A stretch of 64,000 nt of DNA from the IMG/VR virus record IMGVR_UViG_3300042453_004886, positions 32,001-96,000 of that record; one strand, written 5' to 3'. The translations under genes and the position numbers were made by a program. The notes under the pieces are model-generated. The model was not told the origin of the DNA and did no database searches. It saw only the letters and a list, made by a program, of their open reading frames with translations. Positions 35,826 to 45,325 of the stretch are shown here, piece after piece; the stretch's first letter is position 1, and each line of letters begins with the position of its first letter. This DNA is from a virus.

Positions 35826-37961
35826 TTACCCCCGTACAATCATTCTATTTCTAGATAAAAGATTCAGTACAAATCTGGTTCTTTCAAGTAGAGTGCTATT
35901 CCATACCGTGTCGACTGTAGGGTAGTCGTAATGCTTTGAGTAAGGCTCTATTATTTTTTGAATATTTTCATCCGTAACTGCAGTTACATCAGACAGGCTA
36001 GCTATAAAAGAATTTGCCAATTCTTGTCCCATCTCACCATTAAAAAGACTTAGCATTACAAAAACTACAAATGCCGAGTCCCACGGTCTTACGTAGATCT
36101 CTTTTTTTATCCCAATATCATCTACTAAAGTAACTGTTCTTGAATCTTTAAGGACTAACATATTTTTAAGACCGTTTTTGTTAACGGTAAGTCGCTTGAA
36201 CTCTGAATACAGATTAATTATTTCTTGTGCTAATGTTCTGACTTGAGCAGACCATACACCAAACAACCAAGAATCAATATCTGCACGACTTAAAGCAGCG
36301 TCAGCTGTATTCGAGGATCTAAAATTTATTTTACTGGCGTAGTTGTTGTTTGATACCTGCCCAGTGCTTATAACATTTGAAAGTGCATAGTCATTGTTTT
36401 CCCATTTGGATGATTTTATTAACCTCAAGTAATTTATGTTATGAGAAATCAATCCACCGTATTCTGAATAATCTTCTGACAAGGTAGAGTAATCTAATAA
36501 ATACTGGGCATACTTGGTTTTTTGAGTAGAGCTAAACAAAGAGTTATTTGTTAACGAATCCTCTAAAAAACCAAACATGTTTGGTATTGCTATAACGTTT
36601 GTTTTATTGTCTTCTTCGCTATACGTATAAACAGTTATTGCCTTATTAGCTAGATACTCTCTTAAAAGATTACTATGACTATTTTGAAGGATAGAAAGAC
36701 GTAGTACTGCTATAAGAGAAGCTAACGAATTACTAGACTTAGAAGAATTGCTGGATGCTGGCTGTTGTATATCATCAAAAACAAAATTCAGACTTTGTGT
36801 AAAGCTAGTTGAAAAGGGATCAAGTAGGTTTGTAAAAGCAGCACAGAAAGAAGCAGATAGTTTCTTTTCTATCTGAAAAGTGTTATCAGAAGAGTTATTT
36901 AGCTCATCTAATAAATTACTGTTTTTTGACTCTTTATTTTCGAAGAAAGAATCCGAATAAGTAGAACTTTTTATAAAACCAAAATGCTTTCCAGACTTCC
37001 AATCTTTAAGTTCAGAATTAGCCAGCGTTGTAACAAACATGGGTATTTGGTAATTTTTTGTATCTACTCCACTTTCTGTACTTGCAGATACTGAGTTTGA
37101 AACTATCCCATGAACTACTTTTACAGAGGGCTCTTTAACACTTACTTTGTTTTGTTCTGCTAGCTTTTTTGTAACTTTCTTCAAAGACTTTATCTGCGGC
37201 TCATTTGAGCCCATCGAAGATGATGAAACATCTTTAGCGAGGTTGTGTACCTCGTCACCAAACGTGGCTAGATTGCCCGATTCGCCGTCGTTTACCCATA
37301 TGCCATACCCTGCAGGGTTACTGACTTTTTGGGCCTCTTTAATGAGCTCTGGGGTGATATTTGAAACGTTGTCTAGCAGTAGTCGGTATTTATCGTGAGT
37401 TGTAGAGAAAATATGAGCGCCGCGGGGATTCTGGCTAACAGGAGCAAACTTGTAACCTGGAAAACTCTCGGAACCTGTGAAATTTATTTCGTTGCTTGCT
37501 CCTGTCAAGAACGCTATTCTAGCGGGTTGATCTGGTTTATTTTCTATGTAAATTACAGATTTATCTTCATTTGATCCCGAGTTGTTTATCGTGTTGTAAC
37601 TTATAATTTTTGACTCAGTAAACCCCTTTGAAAGAATTACTGTAACAGGGGTTCCAGTAACAGGTATGAACGTAGAACCTGCAGAAGACTGTAAAAGTTT
37701 TGCAGAGTACAGCGTAAAGTTAGATCCAACACTGGTTTTAAATCTTTGGACAAATTCTTTACCGGGTGCCGTTACAACCTGAACAATGTTTGTGTTTTCA
37801 CTGCCCGAAGGCTCTGCCCCAGCAACTGCTACAATTGCTTTTTGCTTGTGAGCGTCTACTTCCACAATAAACCCATCATACGTAGACGGGTCGTGGTGCC
37901 GACTAAGCGTAGCTTGCAGCTGCTCTTGTTTTATTCCACCATGAAATCCCGAGTTTAACAT
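35826..37961 (-). CDS. putative spike N-terminal (gp5/gpV OB-fold) protein with possible lysozyme-like C terminus
   Basis: GFIVEVDAHKQKAIV...FIPVTGTPVTVIL OB-fold pattern; follows the hub; C-terminal LSLFNGEMG and ERTRFVLNLL. Confidence 0.55.
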   Translation of the reverse strand: MLNSGFHGGIKQEQLQATLSRHHDPSTYDGFIVEVDAHKQKAIVAVAGAEPSGSENTNIVQVVTAPGKEFVQRFKTSVGSNFTLYSAKLLQSSAGSTFIPVTGTPVTVILSKGFTESKIISYNTINNSGSNEDKSVIYIENKPDQPARIAFLTGASNEINFTGSESFPGYKFAPVSQNPRGAHIFSTTHDKYRLLLDNVSNITPELIKEAQKVSNPAGYGIWVNDGESGNLATFGDEVHNLAKDVSSSSMGSNEPQIKSLKKVTKKLAEQNKVSVKEPSVKVVHGIVSNSVSASTESGVDTKNYQIPMFVTTLANSELKDWKSGKHFGFIKSSTYSDSFFENKESKNSNLLDELNNSSDNTFQIEKKLSASFCAAFTNLLDPFSTSFTQSLNFVFDDIQQPASSNSSKSSNSLASLIAVLRLSILQNSHSNLLREYLANKAITVYTYSEEDNKTNVIAIPNMFGFLEDSLTNNSLFSSTQKTKYAQYLLDYSTLSEDYSEYGGLISHNINYLRLIKSSKWENNDYALSNVISTGQVSNNNYASKINFRSSNTADAALSRADIDSWLFGVWSAQVRTLAQEIINLYSEFKRLTVNKNGLKNMLVLKDSRTVTLVDDIGIKKEIYVRPWDSAFVVFVMLSLFNGEMGQELANSFIASLSDVTAVTDENIQKIIEPYSKHYDYPTVDTVWNSTLLERTRFVLNLLSRNRMIVRG

Positions 37962-40900
37962 TAATCAACAATCCCAAATTTGGCGCCTACTCTGTTTGCA
38001 TTAATTTGACTGGCATACGCTGCCATTTGTCTTCTCAAGTAGGCTAAAACTTGTTCCATTCTTTCATTGTTCTGTGACCTGACTCGGCTGTCAGCCGGAA
38101 GACGTGAGTTTACTTCATCCAACCTAGTTGGAAAATAAGTATGAGCATTTACACAATATGAGTAAGCAAGCTCTAGACTAAGTCTTTGATTAGCCGTGTA
38201 ATACGGTGTTTTTCTAAAGTATGAGGGATTTTCAATTAAATAGTGAGCTACTTGAAATTGTCTTGTGTACGAAAACTGAACTCGAGCTCTAGACCCCATA
38301 AAATACGATTGGCTAGAATTATAATTATACTGCATTATACTTTCTAGATGATCTTTAATATTTTGTATCATTTCAGCAGAACTTCTAAGTTCATGTGTAT
38401 CTGCTTGACTAGCAAGGGGTACCCCAAGAAGTGCTAAAGTGTAATCAATTCCAGTTCGTGTAATTTCATTAAATCTCGTTTGCATTAAACCTATAGACTG
38501 CGGACATATCCTAGCTTCAGCTCTAAATTTTATGATTGGTTTGTTAGTTTCAATAAAGTTATTAAAATCACCACTTTGATGTATTGCTCTAAAGAACTCA
38601 TCTGGATATAAACCTGAGGAAACCTGATTTATAAATGCATTAACTTCTGTAAGATCGTTTTGATTATCTATAAAATTTCTTAGTTCATTCAAGCAGTCAG
38701 CAAACCTTCTTAAAAATACAGTAAATTGCTTTTTGGATTCTTCGTAGTTTACTCCGTAGTTTTCGTCCCAGTTTATATTTGATTCTTGATAGTCGTCGTA
38801 TGAAGTAATTTCTCCGCCAGTAGAAGCCAGCCAATTAAAACAATAACTATACAAATGCTTTCTGTAAGCGTCTCTAACATTAATGTTTTCTTCTACTCCA
38901 GCGTCTTCTAAACCAAATACTCGTCCAGCTAAACCATACGTGTTATTAAATAAATTTTCAGTAAGATTTACAATGGTATTATCTGTATTTTGTCCGTAGT
39001 ATCTTAAAAATTGAGTTGTAACTGGACATTGATCTACATGACGTGGGTAGTAGGCACTTATTCTATCCACTAAAGTAGCAAACAAGTTTGCATTTATATT
39101 TCTTAAGGGCCTAAAATCCAAACTTCTACAAGCATTAGCAGCAACTTGGCCTCGAGTAGTGCTTGAAATTTGTTCTGCATCTTTTTGAACTTGGGAAGAG
39201 TCTGTTGGTAATTTGAGTGCATCTGCTAATTTTAAATTTTGAAGCTTTATAACTTCTACTAAAAGTTTTCTTGCTTTTACGGGGTCTTGAGAGCCTTCTT
39301 TACTTACTCCAACAAGCATAGTAGTACAGCCGTTTTGAACGCCCCCAGACGCAAACATGTGAATTACGCCTTCAATTCTAAATTGATCCCCATTAAAGTA
39401 ACCAAGGTTATGCGTTTCAAGAACATGCCCAGGTCTTATATCTGGATTTAACGGCACCAATAAATCCACCGAGTGAACATCTCTGGAGTAGATGCTCATC
39501 ATTGCATTTAGTATAAGATCGGCTACAACATCTGTTGTCTTGCTGTCGCCGGTTTCATCCCAGAAATATCTATGTCTAACTGGATATCTAATTTTAGACA
39601 AAAATTTAAGAGGTCCATTGATATCAGCCATAGAGGTACTTAAATTATAATTTCTTAAATTTATGTCTCTACTTGAAAAATCAAATGTAGCCCTGTTAAG
39701 AGCTGCTGCATCAGCAGGATCTACAACTTCTCCAGCATCAATAATGCCATCTGTGTTTTTCCATATGCTTACAAGATTCTGCTTGTTAACCTCTTTAATT
39801 GTTCCAAGGGCACCAAAAGGATTACCCCTGAGACTGTGAGATACCCTTACACCTACACCGCCAGATCCTTTTGTTGCACTAGGATTTAAAAGTGTAAATT
39901 TGGTAATCATACCTAAAGTCATCCAGCTTGCGTGAGCAGATATGATATTTGGCTGGATAGTCGCCCCACTTTTATTTTTTGCTTGCCTTTTATAGGTGTA
40001 AACCCAAGGATCTGATTCTCCCCTTAGTATATTTATACCAACGGGTAGTTCAGAAAAAGAAATAGGTTCATCTCTTTCTACTTCATTGGTGTTAGGAGAT
40101 GAAAATAGAGCATCCCTTCCATCTGTTTTTGCAGAACTTTTTAGTTTTAAAGGACGGTAAAAAGCAGCCGCGTAAGACTGCACATTTGTCATGTTTATTC
40201 TAGTTTCACCTGGTTCAGGGGCAGGATTATCTTTCAAGAATTTTTCATATTTTTCATAAGTTAACTTATCCTCTGCCGTAGAAGAACTTAAGGCCAAACT
40301 TAGAGCTTTTGGGCTAGCATCTTTGTATGCTTTTATAGCTATTCTCAATGCTTCTCTTATCGTTACTATATCTTGACTTACAAGGGTAGATAAAGAACTA
40401 AGTTCTTCCTGCCACGAAGTTTCATATAACTTTTTAAGTTTTTTTGCAGATTCTCTTACATACAAAAATACTGGTCTTGGAATAAGTGTAGAAGGTTCAG
40501 CTATAGTGTAGTTGGAATAGTCAATTGGCCGTAGTGCGGTTTGACCAACAGCTTCTAATGGGTCATCTTGTTTGGTTAAATCTATTTCAGTAAATCCAGA
40601 CTCACCTTTAATAAAAGATTGATTTCCATTATTATTAGAACTATATATTGGATTTCCAGGACCTGAAGTAAGTATATAACCTACATTTGCTAGGGAGGAG
40701 CCTTTAAAAACATCAAAGTTATCACTGATTTCTTGCAAGAATCCAAAAAACCAGTGTTCATAGCCAGCTGGAAGCTCACTACCGCTGTAAGACCCCAATA
40801 TACCAGAATACAACGACGTAGCGTCAGTAAGGTCAAAACTTACGTTTGGTCTTGAAATTTGTGATATTTGATTATAAATTATATCTTCTGGAAGTGTTCC

Positions 40901-41992
40901 GTCATCAATATTTACGCTTTCTTGAAAAGTCTCAAGTTCTCCAAACAGGTTACCGTCTGGTTGTGTTTTGTAAGCTTCCCCTAAGCTTCGTATAGTCCAA
41001 GCAATCTTGCCACTTTCAATATCGCAATAAAGCTCTCTAGGTATTGTTTCTACAAGAGAAAACCACCTGAGTGCATCCACAGGAAACTGGTCAGCAATTG
41101 AAAAAGGCACACCTACACCCCCCAAGACAGAGAGACCGTTTTTAGAGCCCTGTATGTCCTTCTCCATGAGGCCTGAGAGCTTCATGGGAGGTCTCCCAGA
41201 GGGATGAAACAATAAAGTTGTGTCTCCTGGTGTGCATGCCCCCGCAGAGCCTTGAACAATCAAAGCTCTCATAATTTCATTTCTACTTACACCACTTGTC
41301 GATGCAAGGTTGGCTTTTGGAACTTTTAAAGATCCAAAAAATTTGTTATCAATCAAAAATCTCAAATGATCCCTTGCAATAACCGTGCAAGTAATGCCGT
41401 CTTGAGGATTTTCACCCCTGCCTAGTTTAAGTTCAACGGAATCAATAATACCGTTGAATACCTTGCTAAAAACCTTAGGGTTTAAAACAAATTTATTGTC
41501 TGCAGATTTAGTTATGTATTTTTCTACTGATTCAAACTTGTTTATGTAACCCATGAAGATTTCTATCTTCATTTCAGGCCTTAGCTCGTAACTTTTTTCT
41601 TTATATGTTGAGTTAGAGCCCCAAGTAACGACATGTTCAGGGTCGTAATTACTAGCGTTTAATTCAGGTACTTTTGAACTGTAACTAAGGCCAGGAGGAG
41701 GTATTATTCCGTTAAGGTCAAGAATATCCGTAGCAAGAGTAATCTTTGCAGTAGAAGCAGCGTAGTACCTTACTAGCTGTACTCTGGAGCTAACGATTTT
41801 CCAGTCTGTAAAGTTATGGTATATAGTTTGCCAATTTCCAAGAACAATGGGTTTGTCTGGGTTTTCAACGTTGTAAACCGTGTACTCTTCTTGAGTACAG
41901 ACTGCTACGCAAACAGGAACTTTTGCCGAACTGGAAAGTGTATTTCCATTTGAGTCAAGTGTGTACTTGTAAGAGTAATTTTCCCAGCCCAT
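37961..41992 (-). CDS. baseplate hub protein (gp27/Mu gp44-like), 1343 aa with extensions
   Basis: FNGIIDSV...TVIARDHLRFLID and VPLNPDIRPGHVL...FRIEGVIHMF hub motifs. Confidence 0.75.
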   Translation of the reverse strand: MGWENYSYKYTLDSNGNTLSSSAKVPVCVAVCTQEEYTVYNVENPDKPIVLGNWQTIYHNFTDWKIVSSRVQLVRYYAASTAKITLATDILDLNGIIPPPGLSYSSKVPELNASNYDPEHVVTWGSNSTYKEKSYELRPEMKIEIFMGYINKFESVEKYITKSADNKFVLNPKVFSKVFNGIIDSVELKLGRGENPQDGITCTVIARDHLRFLIDNKFFGSLKVPKANLASTSGVSRNEIMRALIVQGSAGACTPGDTTLLFHPSGRPPMKLSGLMEKDIQGSKNGLSVLGGVGVPFSIADQFPVDALRWFSLVETIPRELYCDIESGKIAWTIRSLGEAYKTQPDGNLFGELETFQESVNIDDGTLPEDIIYNQISQISRPNVSFDLTDATSLYSGILGSYSGSELPAGYEHWFFGFLQEISDNFDVFKGSSLANVGYILTSGPGNPIYSSNNNGNQSFIKGESGFTEIDLTKQDDPLEAVGQTALRPIDYSNYTIAEPSTLIPRPVFLYVRESAKKLKKLYETSWQEELSSLSTLVSQDIVTIREALRIAIKAYKDASPKALSLALSSSTAEDKLTYEKYEKFLKDNPAPEPGETRINMTNVQSYAAAFYRPLKLKSSAKTDGRDALFSSPNTNEVERDEPISFSELPVGINILRGESDPWVYTYKRQAKNKSGATIQPNIISAHASWMTLGMITKFTLLNPSATKGSGGVGVRVSHSLRGNPFGALGTIKEVNKQNLVSIWKNTDGIIDAGEVVDPADAAALNRATFDFSSRDINLRNYNLSTSMADINGPLKFLSKIRYPVRHRYFWDETGDSKTTDVVADLILNAMMSIYSRDVHSVDLLVPLNPDIRPGHVLETHNLGYFNGDQFRIEGVIHMFASGGVQNGCTTMLVGVSKEGSQDPVKARKLLVEVIKLQNLKLADALKLPTDSSQVQKDAEQISSTTRGQVAANACRSLDFRPLRNINANLFATLVDRISAYYPRHVDQCPVTTQFLRYYGQNTDNTIVNLTENLFNNTYGLAGRVFGLEDAGVEENINVRDAYRKHLYSYCFNWLASTGGEITSYDDYQESNINWDENYGVNYEESKKQFTVFLRRFADCLNELRNFIDNQNDLTEVNAFINQVSSGLYPDEFFRAIHQSGDFNNFIETNKPIIKFRAEARICPQSIGLMQTRFNEITRTGIDYTLALLGVPLASQADTHELRSSAEMIQNIKDHLESIMQYNYNSSQSYFMGSRARVQFSYTRQFQVAHYLIENPSYFRKTPYYTANQRLSLELAYSYCVNAHTYFPTRLDEVNSRLPADSRVRSQNNERMEQVLAYLRRQMAAYASQINANRVGAKFGIVD

Positions 41993-42041
41993 TGCGCCCT
42001 CAAATTAAAATCTATTTTATTCTATAAATATAAGTATAAAT

Positions 42042-42069
42042 TCGGGGGCTTGATTAATCAAGCCCCCGA
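42042..42069 (-). terminator. hairpin/terminator after the tail tube gene
   Basis: TCGGGGGCTTGATT/AATCAAGCCCCCGA is a perfect 28-bp palindrome 15 nt after the tube stop; the following U-tract is weak. Confidence 0.7.
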
Positions 42070-42084
42070 CTTTAATTAAATAAA

Positions 42085-42642
42085 CTAGGAGTTCATTAAT
42101 TCAATACCTTCAGCGGTACCTTGCCACTGATTAGCGACAATGTTACGACCTGAGGTAGCACCGAAGCTCATGGTGTCTGTTTTGCAAAGGTGAAGTCTGT
42201 AGGTTTTCTTTGCGTTTCCACTTTTTTCGTTTAAGTACTTGATTTGACCATTCCAGCTCTTCATCTGCTGGTCTACGAAGTCTTCCTGTCCAGTCTGGAC
42301 ACGGAAGTCAATTGAGAATCTTGCTGCTCGTTTGATTCTTGAGACTTCGTTTCTACCAATCTGGTCTCCGCTGAAGAATCCAAAAGTTTCTTCAAGGACA
42401 CCGGTATTAAGCATTCCGCGTTCCATCTGCCAGACGATGTTAATTTCACCGTCAAGGTGACGAGGCATTCTCTGGTTTAGTTCCAAGTAGGTTTCAGTGA
42501 CGTTTACTACACGAACAAGGATAGAAGTAAAACGACCAACTAAAACCTGCTGACTTGCCCCAGAAGAAGAGTTATAGCTAAACACAGTTACATCGACATC
42601 AAACCCCTGAATGGGATCTGTCATGTTTGCATTAAATGGCAT
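42085..42642 (-). CDS. tail tube protein
   Basis: 185 aa, beta-rich, directly downstream of the sheath, with AAGGAG RBS. Confidence 0.8.
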   Translation of the reverse strand: MPFNANMTDPIQGFDVDVTVFSYNSSSGASQQVLVGRFTSILVRVVNVTETYLELNQRMPRHLDGEINIVWQMERGMLNTGVLEETFGFFSGDQIGRNEVSRIKRAARFSIDFRVQTGQEDFVDQQMKSWNGQIKYLNEKSGNAKKTYRLHLCKTDTMSFGATSGRNIVANQWQGTAEGIELMNS

Positions 42643-42668
42643 TTTAAATATCTCCTTTACTTACCAAA

Positions 42669-45287
42669 CTAAACTGTTCCAGTAGCAACTGTAAGGGAAA
42701 CAGGAACAACAGACCTGTGTAAACCAACCTTGATAAAGTCAGCTGGATAAACAGGTGTAAAGAAGATATCTACACGAAGAATGCCAGCAGCTGCCTGAGC
42801 TGGAGGATTATTTTCGTCGTCTACCTTGATGTCTGAGAAGTTTTCAATTTCTCCTGCAGACTTCATGAGATAAAGCAGATTTCTGAGAGACAGTTTGATA
42901 TTTTCTCTTAGAGCAGAGTTGTTAGGCTCTGACTTTGCAAACTGCAATCTTGCAAATGCGTTTGATCTGATGTAGTTGTAAGTCCTGCGAAGAGAAATCC
43001 ACTTCCAGCTGGTTTCCTTGGAAAGGCTGAGTCCATTCAAGCAGTGGAAAACACCAGTTACTTGATCTGGAATAATCATTTCTACTCTAGCTTTTGTAAA
43101 CTCATTGTATGAAAGTGTTCCAGGATTCTGAACGTCTACGGCAGAAACTCCTATAAAAGCAGGTGAGCTGCTTCGTGCTGCTGGCGATATCTGAAAAGGA
43201 GTCATAGCCAAGTGACCTGCGTAAAAACCATCGGGCGGCACGCTTAAAGGAGCAAGATCGTTTCTCTTGCTGTAAGAGCAGTGCCCCGCAACCATGACGG
43301 CGTACTTGCTATCCAAGTTTTGTGTAAGCTCTCTTGCAGCCGGTACTGAAAGCCTTCTATCAGCTGAAAGAACTGCAATACGTAAGCCGGTGACTTCGTC
43401 TGAGCTTTCAGCTTGAGCAATAAGTTCACTACGCACGCGTGGATTTGAGTTTCCTGATGCAATAATGATGTTTGCTTGATTCTGACCAAGTACCTTGATG
43501 GCCTTTACCCAGTCTTCTATCGAGGGATCTGGACCGTCGTACCCTCTGGTTAGCCTTCCATTAAATGTAGCAATTGAAGCGGACTTGTTTTCGGGGGTCT
43601 TACCAACATAAAAGATCCTGGCAATATCCGAATTCTTTGTAGCAACAACCATGGGATACTGACCATCATCAAGTACACCGTCATCGGTAAGTTTAAAAGA
43701 ATAGGGCTCAGAAATTTGATTGTCTGAGTAGTTATCCGAGTAGGATAGTACAACAGTAATGTTTCCATCTGTTCCATAGCTTACGTTAGCTTGGATATTA
43801 TTACCCCAAGCACCCTCAGCGTTTGCCTCAATCATGAGAACATCGCCGTTGACTACAGGAGCTGGAGTAAATACACCAGGAACACCTTTTGTATAGGTTC
43901 CTAGCTTGATTTCTCCTTCTCTGACCCTGTAAGTTGTAGCACCCATGCTTAGTTTTAGGGTTCCTGAGTTATCCTTGTAAGCATAAATAATTTTATCTTC
44001 TTCATTACTTACAACAATATCTAGATTGCCTAAAGAAAGATTGCCACTGTCACCAAGAGCAATTTCTCCACCTGTTAGGCTTATCTTTGTTTTCTTGTCA
44101 GCGTCAACCCCTTCTTTGGCTACAGTTGCAGTAATTTCAGATCGAATAAACTTGAAAAGCCTTACAGTTTCAAAAGCTCTTTTAGGTCCTTGAATAGCTC
44201 CACCCAGCTTGGAAATAGCGCCTGCGTTCAAGGCTTCAAAATCAACTCCAGGGGAGTCGATTTTTGTTTGCATGACCAAGTTTGTATCTACAGGAGTGGA
44301 GTCTTCGTTAGACACTCTTGTAACAAGAAATTTACTGCTGTCTCCTTCAAGGGCATCTTCAATACCCGTACGAATAAGGAGAGCTTCTGGATCAAGCGTG
44401 AGCGGCTGTAAGCTAAATCCAAGATGTCTGGCATTTGCATTTGCAATAAGAGCTTCTACAAGCTTTGGTGCATCAGTGATGTTCTTTTGAGTGATCGCAT
44501 CAGCTCCAAGTAAAACATGAATTCTTGCAGAGCTGTTTGCAGTAGCAGTTACATCAAACCTGAGAGAAATAGATCCGTTTATAAGACGAATTTCTGAACT
44601 TAATGAAGTATCCGCAGCAAGTGCTATAGTACCTCCAGCATCTACTCTAAGTAAAGAAGCCTGCTCAGCATACCTGATTGAGATTTTTGTATTACTCTGT
44701 GCAGAGTCATTTCCTGGGTTCTGTGGATCTATATTGTAGGTTCTCATTGCAAACCTGATAGGCATGTTCAAGGCATTTGGATTAGAGGTACGAATTGTTA
44801 CAATGTTTCCATCGGTGCTTACATCGCTAAAGTCAAATAGACCTTTTCTCATGACAGCTGCAAAATCGTTTGCAACGTCAATAGACTTGTCTACACCGTT
44901 ACCTACAAAAGGAATCTTGAAAGCGGTTGAGTAAACAGTTACAGTCTCGCTTACTCCAATGACGTTTGTGTTTTCAACGTCAAATTTCAAATAAGCTCCG
45001 GAGTTTAGGCCCGAGCCCATAACTCGAACAACACCAAAGTCGTTAGCGCCTTGGTCAGCAGCTGTTTGAATAGCAATAGAACCAGATCCGCTGCCGCTAA
45101 ACTCCCTTCCAGTTTTGCCGTACTTTTTAGCAAGACTGGCGGCATCAATAAGTTGAAATACGTTACGAGGCCCCTTTAAAAACCTTCCAACAACACCAAT
45201 TCTGTTAGTGGTTGCTGGCGAAAGTTGCCTTGGTGTTTGATCAATTTCTTCAAAAGAAATATTTGGAAAAACCAAAGGGTCTGCCAT
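42669..45287 (-). CDS. contractile tail sheath protein
   Basis: PNISFEEID/IGVVGRFLKGP start, GAWGNNI, SLRRTYNYI and GILRVDIFFTPVYPADFI end. Confidence 0.92.
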   Translation of the reverse strand: MADPLVFPNISFEEIDQTPRQLSPATTNRIGVVGRFLKGPRNVFQLIDAASLAKKYGKTGREFSGSGSGSIAIQTAADQGANDFGVVRVMGSGLNSGAYLKFDVENTNVIGVSETVTVYSTAFKIPFVGNGVDKSIDVANDFAAVMRKGLFDFSDVSTDGNIVTIRTSNPNALNMPIRFAMRTYNIDPQNPGNDSAQSNTKISIRYAEQASLLRVDAGGTIALAADTSLSSEIRLINGSISLRFDVTATANSSARIHVLLGADAITQKNITDAPKLVEALIANANARHLGFSLQPLTLDPEALLIRTGIEDALEGDSSKFLVTRVSNEDSTPVDTNLVMQTKIDSPGVDFEALNAGAISKLGGAIQGPKRAFETVRLFKFIRSEITATVAKEGVDADKKTKISLTGGEIALGDSGNLSLGNLDIVVSNEEDKIIYAYKDNSGTLKLSMGATTYRVREGEIKLGTYTKGVPGVFTPAPVVNGDVLMIEANAEGAWGNNIQANVSYGTDGNITVVLSYSDNYSDNQISEPYSFKLTDDGVLDDGQYPMVVATKNSDIARIFYVGKTPENKSASIATFNGRLTRGYDGPDPSIEDWVKAIKVLGQNQANIIIASGNSNPRVRSELIAQAESSDEVTGLRIAVLSADRRLSVPAARELTQNLDSKYAVMVAGHCSYSKRNDLAPLSVPPDGFYAGHLAMTPFQISPAARSSSPAFIGVSAVDVQNPGTLSYNEFTKARVEMIIPDQVTGVFHCLNGLSLSKETSWKWISLRRTYNYIRSNAFARLQFAKSEPNNSALRENIKLSLRNLLYLMKSAGEIENFSDIKVDDENNPPAQAAAGILRVDIFFTPVYPADFIKVGLHRSVVPVSLTVATGTV

Positions 45288-45325
45288 ACCGTTTTCCTCC
45301 TAGCATTAGGGTAGCGAGTAGCCCC

